A stretch of DNA of 64,000 nt from Coniocarpon cinnabarinum (lineage: Eukaryota). The position numbers and the translations under genes were made by a program. Below the pieces are notes generated by a model that made no database searches, was not told where the DNA came from, and saw nothing but the letters and a program-made list of their open reading frames with translations. Of the stretch, positions 38,557 through 51,450 are shown piece by piece (position 1 is the stretch's first letter; the number at the start of each line of letters is the position of its first letter). The stretch is taken from positions 1-64,000 of the forward strand of contig JAVECO010000111.1 of assembly GCA_051942205.1 (NCBI GenBank), read 5' to 3'.

Positions 38557-39248
38557 CGAGGCAATGCTCTAGAGAAAATATTTACGATTGCATCTACATT
38601 GGCGTTGAAATAGAGATATTTGGAGATCATTGTATACTATCTTTATTCATGGAGCTCGAATGAGCTCGTTGCTGGCTTGCTCCGGCTAACAGCTGAACTC
38701 GAGAGGGACTTGCAGTCAACTTGCCAAGGCTCTGCTTGAGATGAACGTACATTTGTTCTCTTCGCTCAGCGAACAAGTTGCACCGTTGCAACTCGAACGA
38801 GGTATCAAGAGCCGAGAATCTGGCCCAACTGTGCACAGATCACGTGGCCGGTGTCTTCGGATGATGTTCACCTTTCAAACCTAATTCCACTTCCGTCACC
38901 CCTGATTGACAACGACCGTGGAGTTCGCATGCGGCCGCTTGCGTAAACTTGCGCCTTATGAAACAGCGGCAGCTCCCGCAAGCTCAATACACGTCAGATT
39001 GCCTCCTCTCAAGGCTGTAGCTCTGATACACGGCAGTGCGTCAGATACCCGTCAGATGCCCGTCAGCGCCGTCCGTTAAACTCAAATGGCCAAGGTTGAC
39101 AAAGCTGATATGCTTATGGCTTCATGATTGCAAAATGACACGTTGTGCTACAGTTTTTTCACGATATCCTTGGCGCATCGAGAGGACTTGAGATTATGAT
39201 GGCGTGGTCTCTTCTTGTCTGCAGGAGACAAGTGGCACGCTTCTTGCC

Positions 39249-40592
39249 ATGTCAGCCATGATGCCGCGACGGGCGCTGCCTCTTGCTCGTCTTAGTCTGC
39301 GCTGGCCTCTGCGAGGTCGCGCTGTCCAGCGGACTCCTTTTTCTGGTTCTTCCATTCGTGCTAGCGCTGCCGCCCAAACTGCGTTCGAGAGACCATGTGA
39401 GATTGCCCCTCCACCGCTGTCTCCTTTCTCGAAGCCCATGTCACCGTCAACGGCCAGTATCTTCCATCATGTCCATCCCCGTCGGGACCACGAGGTTGCT
39501 TTAAAACACCCCAAGCCTGAGTATCCCTACAAACCGCGCTGCGACTTCTCTGGTGTCCCTTATAATCCGCCAAAGACACATCCAGAAGAGGATGTTATCT
39601 ATGATGAGGACGGTCATCTGGAAAAACAACTCCAAAGCACGTCTCAAACGCCTTTGACGATTACGCTCGACAATTCTCCCAACCTAGGCCACGACGACCC
39701 TACCGGCAAGATAAAAGTCCATCTTGAGGAACGACTGCAGCACGGTGACCTGCACACCGCGCAAATCTGGAGGGTCCGCATCGACGAGGCTCAGCCTCCA
39801 CTCCCGCATCCCGACAGCAACGCCACCATCCTCGCCAAGTTCTTCGATCCACTCTACTGGGACTGGGACAACAACAGAAACGTCCACTTCTTCAAGCAGT
39901 CCGAGAATTCCTTTTGCAGGGAGGTGGCGTGTCATCGCGCCCTGGAGCAGGCGCAGGGGAAACTGGTCCCCCGTTTCTACGGCTGCTTCACGGTGCAAGT
40001 CCCCACCACGGGGACTGGGTTCCTGCGCACGACTCTCACCGGCGCGACAGGCACCAAGACGCATTCGATTGCAGGCGGCGCGTCCACGCGACCCGTGCGC
40101 GTCCTCCTCGTCGAATACATCAGAGGCACGCCGCTTGATAACCTCGACTGGGACGCCGACCCCAAATCGCCCCAGCACATCTCTTCACACGCACGCAAAG
40201 CAATCGCGCTGCGAATCATGGAACAAGACGCCGAAATCAACCTCTTCGACGTGGCGCACGGCGATCTCGCCGATCGCAACATCATCCTCGTGAACGGCAG
40301 CTACGTCCAGATGCGGGCACCGGACTGGAAACCGGAGCTCAGATTCATCGACTTCGACAGAGGCGGTGTGGGATTCATCTCGCAGGGGAAGTATATGAAC
40401 CAACTCAAGAACCACTGGAAGAAGTGCTTGAGGGAGCAGTGGAGCAATTATGAGGAGTTGGATGAGATGGTGCCGGGGTTGTTGGATGGTTGGATAAGGG
40501 ACACATCTGGGTCGGGTGATATGACTATCGATCAGATTGAAGGGGAGCGGAAAAAGCGGTGGAAGGAGTGGTTAGAGACAGTGTTTAAGTGA
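39249..40592 (+). CDS. Fungal protein-kinase-like protein with Arg-rich, mitochondrial-presequence-like N-terminus
   Basis: AKFFDPLY (Lys), REVACHRAL (helix-C Glu), VPRFYG, LLVEYIRG (hinge), HGDLADRNIIL (catalytic loop) and IDFD. Confidence 0.85.
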   Translation: MSAMMPRRALPLARLSLRWPLRGRAVQRTPFSGSSIRASAAAQTAFERPCEIAPPPLSPFSKPMSPSTASIFHHVHPRRDHEVALKHPKPEYPYKPRCDFSGVPYNPPKTHPEEDVIYDEDGHLEKQLQSTSQTPLTITLDNSPNLGHDDPTGKIKVHLEERLQHGDLHTAQIWRVRIDEAQPPLPHPDSNATILAKFFDPLYWDWDNNRNVHFFKQSENSFCREVACHRALEQAQGKLVPRFYGCFTVQVPTTGTGFLRTTLTGATGTKTHSIAGGASTRPVRVLLVEYIRGTPLDNLDWDADPKSPQHISSHARKAIALRIMEQDAEINLFDVAHGDLADRNIILVNGSYVQMRAPDWKPELRFIDFDRGGVGFISQGKYMNQLKNHWKKCLREQWSNYEELDEMVPGLLDGWIRDTSGSGDMTIDQIEGERKKRWKEWLETVFK

Positions 40593-41178
40593 AGTGGATC
40601 GAACGAGATGTGTCATGGAATGACTTTTGGAACGCCAAGAATAAATGAACGCTTGAGTTTGCGTACACAGTTGTCCTTAAAGGCTGTATTGGATCTTCTT
40701 TTACGTGCCAGCGTGCAATACCGCTTGCTGCTTTCATGACCTGCAAAATCGCTCCCCCTTTTTCTGCATTCTCTTCCTCTCACGCTCTCTCTGTCGGGAG
40801 CCAGCTTGCGGTTCGGCAAGTCCGAAGCAGCTGTTAGTGAACGCGCTCCAAGGAGTGGGCGGCCTTTCACAAACTACAAGTCTCATGTAGACGATGAAAA
40901 CAGCCCGAGTGCATTCATTCGAAACAATGACCCAATGTTTCTGTCATTCAAAGGCATCGCCACAGCAAATGAGGCATCAGGCACAAGCTCATATTTGCAC
41001 CACCAACAAGACTACTGAAAACGACGCAGGAATGGCAAAAAGCTTAGTAATGTTACATACAATCTAGCTACATGATCTTCATTTACAGTACGCGAAACCA
41101 ACGCCAGCTCGCGGACCCCTTGCATTGCTCATAGCAACGAATACTGAACAACGAGAGCTCTGTCATCGTTGAACACTG

Positions 41179-42560
41179 CTAGACCTTGATGAGATTGCCG
41201 TGCTCGTCGATCCATTTATTACCATGGAGACTTCGCCAAACGGCGTTCGCCCAGATGGTGGTACTGACTGCAACGTTCATGAGTCAGCGAGAGAAGGCAC
41301 AAGTGACGAGCAAACAGCACTTACACCGCACGTGGTTGAGCTCCAACTCCACCGGCTTCGACTTGGTGGATTTCTCCTTCTCGGTCAGGATCATACAGTA
41401 CAGCACGTAATCTTCCTTGAGCGCCTTGAGGTCATTCACTATGAAAAGCGCACAGGAGTGATTATCGTAGAGTTCGCAAAAGGGCGTCTGCTGTTGAACT
41501 GATTGGAGATACATCAGCATGCAGCGCCGGTTGCGTCAGGGAGAAAACAGGCAACTTACTCATGTACTTGACAGCCTGCCGACAAAGATTACGCTCCGTC
41601 TCAGAGCAATCCTTACTATCCAGCAGACTGGTCGCGGCGCCCTTCTTCGCCGTCTGCGCGCGCATCGGGATGTCCCCTTCCATTTTCCTCTTGGCGTCCT
41701 GCAGATTGCTGACTTGAGCGAGACGCAACTTGTCCTCGCGGATGGCGACCGGCGCTTTGACATCATGGGGACCCACGGCGTGGCCCTTGAAGATGAGCGT
41801 CTTGTCGGGGCGGTCTCCCTTGCCGGCTTCGTCGCCGCCACCGATCTTGGGAAAGAGCTTGAAGAAATGCTCCATTTCCTCTTTTTTGAAGGTGCGCTGG
41901 CCTTCGAAGTCGAAGTGGTCTGAAGTGATGCAGTCAGTAACAATACTCTTGATTGAACGGCGTCTTCCCGGACCAAACGCCCGTGTCTTCATACTCTAAT
42001 GGGCAAAGTATAGGAGAAGGCTAAGGTTTGTGCCCTGCGGATGACGTACCATGGAGCTCGAGTTCTCGCATCACGGCTTCAAGACCAGCGTGCACGTTGT
42101 ACATGTGGGTAGGATCTGTCTTGGTCGACCTAAAGTGAACCGTTAGCAAAGCGTACTGTGCGGCTCTGATTGCCAATAAAAACAAGGGTTTGACTTGCAC
42201 TTCGTCTTCCTTGTTCAGTGCCGCGTGCTTGCCACCAATGGCGTCTCTCAGCTCCGCCGTTGTAGATTTGAAGATATCATCGTGCTTTTCAATGACTTGC
42301 TCCCATTTCAAGTTGTTGGGCAATACCAGGCTCTTGGGTTCCATGAACACAAGGCCTGAGGGCAGCTTCGTCTGAGCCGTCGAACTGCGGGCTTTGATCT
42401 CCGTTCGCTTGTTCAGATCGACGGCGAACTGTTGTCCGGCTTGGAAGAAGGCATCGCGGACAAGTCGCTGACTTGCTGAAGTGCCTGAGAAGTGGTGTCT
42501 CTCCCCAGGAACCACTACTCTTTTTATGGCCTCGAGGGGGTTGAATTTCTTGTAAGACAT
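41179..42560 (-). CDS. Putative PD-(D/E)XK nuclease-fold protein, 4 exons
   Basis: In-frame splice of 42560-42050 / ~41920-41560 / ~41500-41326 / ~41267-41179 using GTACGT and GTAAGT donors, CTGAC/CTGAT branch sites and CAG acceptors. Motifs LNKEDEV, RPDKTLIF..PHDVKAP and LCRQAVKYM..TPFCELYD. Confidence 0.65.
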
Positions 42561-45256
42561 GATGACGAATGAGCGTTACGTGCAATGAAACTTGATATAC
42601 TGCTCTCTTAGTGTGAATCACAAAAGAAACGAAATGGTCGGCAGGGACAAGAATGAGGCTGATAAACAAAGAGTCGTATTCAAGATTTTCGAAAATGATG
42701 GCAAACCTTTCTACGGAAAATTATTTTATATAGCGACAGGAGGATCGCAAGTCCAATAGAGGATGGCTGAGTATGATGCCTTGCTCTGGACAAACTGTCC
42801 ATCCTGACGAGAGGCGTCTCATCTTCAGCTCTTTGTTTACTTCGAAAGCCATGATTCCATTTCTGCTCGTGCATCGAGTGCGCTGTGCAAAGGTGGCATT
42901 ATCTTGATGCATGACGTGAGAGAATCGGATGCATTTGGACGGTGGGTGAAATGAGGGTCTGCTCACAAGCCTCATGACCTATGATAAGTCGCGCGGTGAT
43001 CAGTGCAGGGCAGGCCAGCGAAAAGGAGGAAACAGGCTTCGCTGACGCTGACATTCGAGGATCGTCAGCGCCTCACATGCTTCTCTTTAGAGTCTGTTGT
43101 CCAGCAGCGATGGCAAGAATGATCGGCTACGTCGCTACGTACAAAGCGTGAGCGTGATTCGTAGTGGCGTGACCTTGAGGAAAGGTTGATCATTCGCGCC
43201 AGTGCCGAAACTTGTGCGTCAGCTTATCAATAAGGAGCAGACGCTCATCGCCTGATCACATGGTGTAGCAGGGCCGGGCGCCACTCACGAGAGTGCTAGT
43301 AAGTTGATGGGAGGTCGTCCGCATGTTTGAAACTCGGCATTTGATGCTGCAAGCGGAAAGACGAGCGCTTCATGCAAGATAATGGGGCTCGAAGATCGTC
43401 ATAGTGAATGCTCACTCGGCTTTTGGCGTCGATCGCACTTGTTGTAGAGCTCCCGCCTGACCTCTCCCGCCCTCTCGGCGCGTCTCTGCCCCTGTCTGTG
43501 CCTGGCCCATGTCGTCTGACTTGGCAATGTTTCGACGTTCCCTTGCCTTGTGGACACACGACACTTGAAGTCTTCCAAAGACCTTTCCATGGGACTTGTA
43601 AGCACACCGTCAGCAGCTTTACACCATTTCGCCATCTTCTGAGAGCGCATCGACACACCCAGAATAGCAGCATCTGTGCGTCCGTCACAAAAGCGACCAA
43701 AGTAGTTGCTGTCGGACATGAACCTGCGCACACACACCTGGAGGAGCATCTTCAAGCGTATAAGTCAATAGCTTGGGTCCAATATGCGCCTGAAAGTGCA
43801 CGGGCTTGCCGGGGTGTTCACGTCATCCGTTGCGCGATCAAAGATGGTTCACCGTCTTCAATAACGATTTGACAATATGTAAATATTTTGGGCATCTCTT
43901 TCATGGCTGACGGAACCTGAATAACAAAGTGGGCCGTTGCCGATTGGCCACACCAAGGCTCCTGAGCAGCAACCTGATCGCGCAATCCACGAGGCCGCAT
44001 CCGGCATGAGATCGCCGCCGGCTACGACAGGGCATTGGTCGCTGGCATCTGGGCGCGATTGTCTCTTGGCTGATGTTTCACTGCGACCAGGGCGGCGGAC
44101 GAGGGTCAGATCTTGGGCTAGAATGCTGCTGCCTGGGTGAGCTTCGGTCAAAGAATATCCGTGGCCAGTGCTGCTACAGCATCTCTGACAGTTCACGACG
44201 CCGAGCAGGTCAGCAGCTAGGCCACGTGCGCAGCTCACGCCCCGGGAGTCTGGTAGCCTGAGAGGCCTCAACGAGCGGTAGGCCTCATTCTCACAAATAC
44301 ACAGTCATCCTTCATCCAGGATTTTTAGACCAGTGGGAGGGCACTGGCCGAGACGGAATAAGGCATCAAGACCGAACGTCCAGACTGCTTCGACAAAGAC
44401 GGCATAAGCGGCAGAGACGCCTCGTCTCGCATTGTAACGTGGCAACGTCTTAAGACCCCCAGACCGCCCGCCAGGTATTTCTGCAGGTGTGCAGACCGTT
44501 GGCGGTTGAAAATAGAGTCACGGAAAAGACTCCGGAAGCGTTGGTCACATGATCCGGAAACCTCCCGTCAAAGCATGACCAAGTGGTCACGTGTTCTGAA
44601 GCCGCCGTCTAGTTGAATAAGCGCATGGCACGCCGATGCTATGCAAGAGACTTCTGTGCGAAGACTTACGCATTGTTCTCATCTCCTGAGACACAGCGTG
44701 AACGACTGCGTCCTCGATTACAAACCGCGTAAGAAGGCGTCAAGCCTGCCTCGAGCCGTGGAAGCAAAGTATGAGCAAGGAAAGGTTTACATTCGAATTC
44801 TCTACCCAACTAAAAAACGTAACAAAGCTGCACTGGCGCTAGGGCTGGCACTTGAGCGCTCAGTCAGTGTCATAATGGGCCAAAAAGAAAGGACCGACAA
44901 ACACCTGTGTTATTATCTCTAGTGCTCACATGAATTTCTACCGGAGATGGCAGAGCAGTCACGTAACCATTGATCAGCGCCTGACAGTCGCAGCACGTGT
45001 ACGGACTCGTTGCAAAAAGCGGCTAAACTGTCAGATACGAGGTATACCAGACGAACATCCATGTATGGTTTACCCTCATTTCATTCATTTCCGTGCGACC
45101 GCCAAATTCAAGATCTTCAAGCTGGCCTGATGTCCGGTCAAGTCAGCCGTAGCTTTCAAAGACGTGGACGTCTCTTGACATTTATCTCTGAGGGAGACTC
45201 ATTGCCGGACTCTCTGCTCAGCTTGACTCAAGCCAATGGGTCATCTCTAACGTCTT

Positions 45257-45826
45257 TCACTGAATCGGACACGTTTGCATTTCATCGTTTCCCTCGCCCG
45301 GTCGCGTATTAGGCGTCAACGGCACTAACTCCACACGATTGGGGAAGTCGGCGATCCCGATCCTATGGCCTCCATGTACCTGCAAGCCCGTTGCTTCCAA
45401 CGTGTTGAGTATCTTCATAAGCATGGCGTAGGTCATCCGGCCGAGACGCTCTCCCTCATGATGTGGTAGGTAAAATATCATCGTGTTATGATCTGTCGAG
45501 CTCTCGTAACATCGCCCTCCAAGCCGCTTTGGCGGCGTCAACGCGACTTGGCGATCCGGCAGCTCCTGCTCAAGGAAGCGCTTCCATTCGTCTGTATGGT
45601 TGGAGAAGGTGCCTGGCGTGAGACGGATCTTGAGCGTGACGCCGCCTCCCAACACGTCAGGACATTGGGTCAAGAAGAAGTTTCCCATCATATGCTGCAT
45701 ACTTGGTCTCTCTCCCGGTTGAAAGTACTCTTCTGGAATACGAGATAACACGCGGCTCAATAAGTTTGAGCTTTTTGAATGATCCAGCCAGCTTGAATTC
45801 GTTGTGATATACATGATCTCCACGTT
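45257..45826 (-). CDS. Hypothetical protein (3' exon; upstream exons toward ~46440 unclear)
   Basis: 188-aa protein-like ORF starting right after a CAACTAG acceptor-like site; no recognised motif. Confidence 0.4.
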   Translation of the reverse strand, partial: NVEIMYITTNSSWLDHSKSSNLLSRVLSRIPEEYFQPGERPSMQHMMGNFFLTQCPDVLGGGVTLKIRLTPGTFSNHTDEWKRFLEQELPDRQVALTPPKRLGGRCYESSTDHNTMIFYLPHHEGERLGRMTYAMLMKILNTLEATGLQVHGGHRIGIADFPNRVELVPLTPNTRPGEGNDEMQTCPIQ

Positions 45827-48648
45827 CTAGTTGTAAAGGTGTCGCCAACGTTTACCTGCCCACAATGGAGATCTCAGCATCCATCTGTACGTCATAAACC
45901 TGTTACAGAATGTCTCGAAATTTACCCAATGCATACATTTGACACGTGGAGATCTTGGATCCACCTGGAATGACACAAGAGCATCATAATGTTGGGCAAC
46001 TTGTTTACGCTCCAAACACCGGATCGCTTGAAGTCAAGGAAAAGCCTCAAGCCCATCATTCCAAATTTTACGGGCGCGCGCAAGCGAGCCACCCTGCTGC
46101 ACCAACAAGCATGCTTTACAGACATCCACAGTCTAGGATCTCTCCCAAGGTATACGGTTCCTACTGCCTCTGACGTCGCTATCAAAGCGCAAATCGTTCT
46201 CTGCTACTTCAATACTAGTTGCCAATAACTGGCAAGTCTGTAAAGGTAACATCAATCCACGTCACTAATAAAACCCTTCTGCGTCTCCAAGCATCCGTAT
46301 CATGCAGTGAGGCCTTCCCCCAAAATGCGACGCGCAACCACAGGGGCAATGCAAACTCAAAGCCCATTGGTCTTGATTGGAATGAAAGAATATTCCCTTG
46401 GCCAAGCCAAAGCAGTGCACGTGATGTCACATAGTGCGACACATCATCGCCAACTTGCTTGAAAAATTCTCAACGCACGCAATGCGGATGGCCGTCATCA
46501 TTCATCAACCGCATGCAAGTCACAGCGCAGGTCACTTGCATTCACAGTCGCCAGAGGCGAAACACACATTCCCCTGGAGGCGATGCCGTGTCTGCTCGAA
46601 ATGGACATTACAGTGGTACAGTTTGCGTCAGTTCAAAGTAGGGTCTCGCTGTCTTGCCCCTCAATCTGGCAGGCGTCTCGGTGCGCATAGAAGCGATTTG
46701 AGACGTTTCTCTCATACAGGATTACTCATTGCGAGCTCAGTGCAAGACAATCGGTAAGAGCGGAGCTGAAGGGGGCGTAAGCTACCTTGCATCAGGCATG
46801 TCACAAAAATTTAAGAGCAAAGACTTTATGATCATAAACGGCACGTCGCATTTGCAAGCATTGCTGACGATCACCACGTGTGCAACAACTTCTCATTCAG
46901 CTGCAAAAGAGAAAACCCCTACTGCGCTCGGGGTTAAAGAGATTAAACTGCTGCTTCCCCTTTTTCGCAAAGGCTGTGCTCTAAGACCTCTTTCTCACTT
47001 CCTCCGTAGCTTCGTCACAAAACGCTAACTTGCTTCATACGCAAATATGACGACCACTTGCATGCATGATTTGCGGCTCGTTTACGACTTGTAAAGAGAT
47101 TTAAAAACTGAAGAGAAGCACGCGTGGGTTTTATCACCAACTAGAAAGTAATGTATGTTTAGGTTTGAATGCGTCATGGTATGTAAGACATTTGCTCTGT
47201 GATGACGCTAACGATCGGCACCACCTTTCATCAAAGCACGCGTGAAGCTTACGACACAGAGTATCCAGCGTGCTAACGTTATTGGCCCCTTTACTGCTTG
47301 GTCAGATGGTATGCAAAAGACTCTGTGACATTGAATGATTTCCTCTGTGGCTGCATCTCTCATGTAGGCCAACTTATATACTAGGTCCTCAAACGACTAG
47401 GTCGACTTTTGCGATCGAGTCATATGGACTAATATCGCAACTACAAAGCAAGCTGAGATCCCAGAGCTTCACCACCATGTCATGTATAAGGATACTACGA
47501 CCCTAAGGGAGGATGGGCCTCGTAAATGTGCGCAGTATATCAAAATTCAGGGTTCTGCAAACAACGCCGCCACAAGGTCCAATTCGTGACGGCAGTCTTC
47601 AACTATATCGGAGTTCCTTTTTGGCCAGACTGACAGTTTCGTGCTGTCTGCGCCAGCTTCTCTCCAGGCTTAGAGCTCCATATTTCCTCTCCGACCCCTT
47701 ACCGTCTAACGTCCTCCCCTACGTGACGGGACGCACTGTGTAGCGGGACACTTATTGAGTATTAGCTTCCTGACTTAGTCTACACATGGCCGTTTCGTTA
47801 CTTTTCCTAATGCTCCTGTCCTCTGAGGATTGATATAAACGATAGTTGTGCCGCTTCTTGAAATTGGCTAGTATTCGTTGAGATGTGCAGGTGCTTCTTG
47901 TCACCGTCAGTTACCCCTTTGGACTCCAAGCACAGCTAGCGCTTAGTTCTAACGAAAAGATGCTGTCTCAGGTATGCATATCTGTAAGTAAATGACGGAT
48001 GAGTCCCATGCGTCAAGTTGAAGGCGTGATGATTAGAGAAGAGTATGATGCTCGTGTTTTTTCGAGCAGAGCGCAAGCTGGCTCAATCATCAAGATCTCG
48101 GACACTTCCAGACGCACACCCTGTAGCCTTACCTTGGCGTGGCTAAGAGACGCCATAGATATGGCGCAGGGCTGCAACTCTAGAATCTTCTAATTCATTG
48201 TTGCCAATCAATGCATAGGGCTCATTCCTCGGGGCGCTGTCCTGGGGTCGAGTGTATTGACGAGGCTAGTCATCACTAGAACGAGATGTTCCTCCTAGCG
48301 TTCGTGGATTATACCATTTCTTGACAGATCATTGCGGCATTCCCCGATCGACCCTGCATCATCGCGGTTACGGACGACGGTCGATGGAAAAGGCATACAG
48401 TCAGCAGAATCTAATCCACCTAGCCACCTCCGCTAAGACGTTTAAGGGTTAGTGACCCCTAAGCAGGCGAATCTGAGCTAGAGCCCAAACGAGCCCTCTG
48501 TAGCCGCCAAGGCATCAATCCAATCTCAGCCAATGAAAGCTTGGACCGAGTGGCACAAGGCGCGTATCTCTCTCCACTTTTACAAACAATTCTGAAACCA
48601 CGCATTGCTCACTCTCGTTTTCCGTCTCCCACACAGAAAGACGTTCTG

Positions 48649-50133
48649 ATGCTTCTAAGTGCAGCAGCAGAGGAAGCACCCCGTAGAAAGCGAAAGCTGA
48701 GCGCTGAGCTGGACACGACAGAGCTCCCTGCCTTTCCAGCTGCCAAAAGACGTAAAGAAGAGCAACAACGACCTCATGGCCCACCGCCTGAGTTTTGGGA
48801 CAATCTCTCACGGCAGTGGCTGACCCGTCGAGCGTTGCGTGAGTTCGATCGTCGAGCGTGTCAGCGTGATAAATGTCAGCAACAGGAGACCAGCACGCTC
48901 AAGACCTTCAGTACACCAAGCTTGAAGAGATTTGCACGACACGGCGGACCCGATTTATCATACATTCGAGCAGTGAGTCATGCAAGGGTCGGAGGCTGTT
49001 ACACTAACTAAATGAACTAGTACCCAACCCCTACGACGAACATGCCTCAAGCAGAGAGCTCGGGCGTATCCCGAAAGAGGAAAGAGAGGGACACGGAGAC
49101 ATCGACTCCTGATTATGCAAACAAGAGTTCAAGAACCGGGAAGACCACCGTGTATGACAAAGCATTTGAGCAAAACCTTGTCGACAATGGAGTGTTTCCT
49201 GAAGGATACGAGGATGAGGAAGAGCCACAAAATCTGGCCGATATCAACTCAACTTTATTGCGATCGAGAGCGTCCTTATCCCCATCACGCTTTGATCGCG
49301 ATGCACATTTAGAATTCAAGCGGCGTAATCGTAATGCCTCTACCGAAGACGACGTGACAGCCACCGTCTTGCCCATGATTATTGGCGAGGCGAAAATCCC
49401 AGGCTCACGCAATGTAGAGTTCAATCATTTAGCCCCGCTCACTGACGGCACTATTTCTAAAGATAAGCCCGATTACTATGAAGGATCATGTCCAGCTGAT
49501 CTAAAGAAGGGGGTTCGTGACAAGTTTGGAGAGTACATCGTACCTTCTACTGATACGAGCCGCCTATGTCTGCCTAACTTCTTTATAGAGGTAAAGGGCC
49601 CAAGAGGCACCTCAGACGTGCTTAAGCTACAAGCTTGCTACGCGGGCGCTATAGGCGCTCGAGCGATGCATAAGTTACAATCATACGTCGACGACGTAAC
49701 GGCTTTGAATAACAATGCCTATACTACGACATGGGCTTTTGACAGTGGCACTGGTACTCTAATAGCGTACGCAACCTATCCTACGAGGTCTCAGGATCCT
49801 GAGAGGGCGGTCGACTATCGTATGACCCAGTTGAATGGTTGGAATATGACCGGTAACCCAGACACTTTTCGACAAGGTGCTAGCGCTTTCCGCAATGCTC
49901 GTGACTGGGCGCAAGAGCGGAGAAGAGAGCTCATCTACGCGGCAAATAAGAAGAGCATGACTGTTTCACCAGCTCACACTTCAACATCAGAGGATTCAGC
50001 AGAAATCGCTTCATCCCAAACAATCACTGAGCGATCTCCGGGGTCTGAGACGCCGCAAACTCGGGTGAGTCGTGACGATGTAGAATCGGGCAAGCCGGCA
50101 AGGACTCGAGGACAGGGCAGTCGGGAAAATTGA
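48649..50133 (+). CDS. Fungal PD-(D/E)XK-like protein (DUF7924-type family), 2 exons
   Basis: PPEFWDNLSRQWLTRRALREFDRR and LKRFARHGGPDLSYIR; intron 48973-49020; then FNHLAPLTDGTI..KPDYYEG, LPNFFIEVKGPRG, QACYAGAIGARAMHKL and FRNARDWA. Confidence 0.85.
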
Positions 50134-50984
50134 AAGACGGTGGAGAAGTACGATGAAGTTTGTGAGGCACTTGCGTTTGATATCCTAATATGTGCTGTAA
50201 GAAGACAAGAATAGGGAGACTCACGCAATAGATCGACGCGGGTTGTGTCTGGATGTATAAGCCTTTCATCTATAAGCGCTGCTTTACTGTCCTACACAGA
50301 GGTGTTACCTGCTCACAACTGGTCACCCAGTCGATTCAGCTATGCCATGGACAAAGTTTGCATGGTCTCATGAAAACCAATAAAGCTGAAAAAAAAGCGC
50401 AGTACTGTGCCCCAGATCTTGGCGCTTACGACTCAAAAGGTGAGTGGCTGAGATTTCACTAAAGAGCAAGTAGTCTTGCGTAACCCAACATGCCCATTGC
50501 TCAGCGGTGGCCTTAGCTAAGGCAAGTGATCTTCAGCGTGTTCCAGCCTATTCACGAGTGAATCATTGATACTGAATGGTAGCTAGTCTCTTGTTAAATA
50601 TTTTCGTGCCTTGTCACTAGCCTGAGCATGAGGTACCCCGCCTGACCATGTCCAACGAGGCACATACGAGAACTCAGCAGGCTTGTTTTGGTCACAGCCT
50701 ACTTCGCCACCAATGAAAGATGCTCGAAGCCAACCGAATGGCACCAATGAAGAAAATAGACAGACTAGCTTGAGTGCTCAAGCCCGGAGTCACCTGCGTC
50801 AGCACAGCCTTCTCGAAGCGCACACGCCGCAACACCTTTCGTATCGGAGATCAATCAAGGGCTGGCGAAGTGTTTTGCTCAACTTGCTGCAAAAGTCCAA
50901 ACTCGTACCTTAAAGACATGTCGCATTGTCGACGTTGAGGATACGGTCCGTGGCTAATATTCAATAGTTTCGCACCGAATTCTG

Positions 50985-51450
50985 CCCGGGGACTCGAGGT
51001 GTACGAACTATAGTAAGAAATAGGTTTGCGGAGTCATTTGGCCTCTTTCAGCACGTTCGAAACTTCACCGATCACTTCGAGCAGTCTATCGAATAGTGAT
51101 CGTTCATCGGCAACGGGTGACGCCGTCAGCCCCGAGGGTTTAGTTCGTTCTACGAATTCAATGGCCATCATAATAAAAGTCTCGCGTCCCACATAGATGA
51201 GTATATAGGGCAGTGTCGTCGTTAGGTGTCACGTCTGTCAAGGGGTGCTCATTGACTCTAATAAAGTCGCCAGTCGTCGTGAACTGGCACCATGGGATAC
51301 ATACATCAAACCAAGGGGGAATAGAGCGTAGAGATGTGCAGGCTGATAGTGTGTACAGACCAATAAAGCTCACTGTGGCACAAACCGATAAGTCACTTAT
51401 GACTTGAACGTTACCACAATATCCACGGGAAAGTCTGCTATTCGGCAAGA
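50985..51450 (-). pseudogene. Degraded ORF remnant inside the inverted-repeat segment
   Basis: Protein-like stretches (PPWFDVCIPWCQFTTTGDFIRV..; EFVERTKPSG..LFDRLLEVIGEVSNVLKEAK) in different frames, separated by a stop/frameshift. Confidence 0.3.

Noticed and set aside
43296..44271. Several 100-150 aa ORFs on both strands
   Set aside because: No coherent splice model or motif; could be a decayed gene but cannot be supported.
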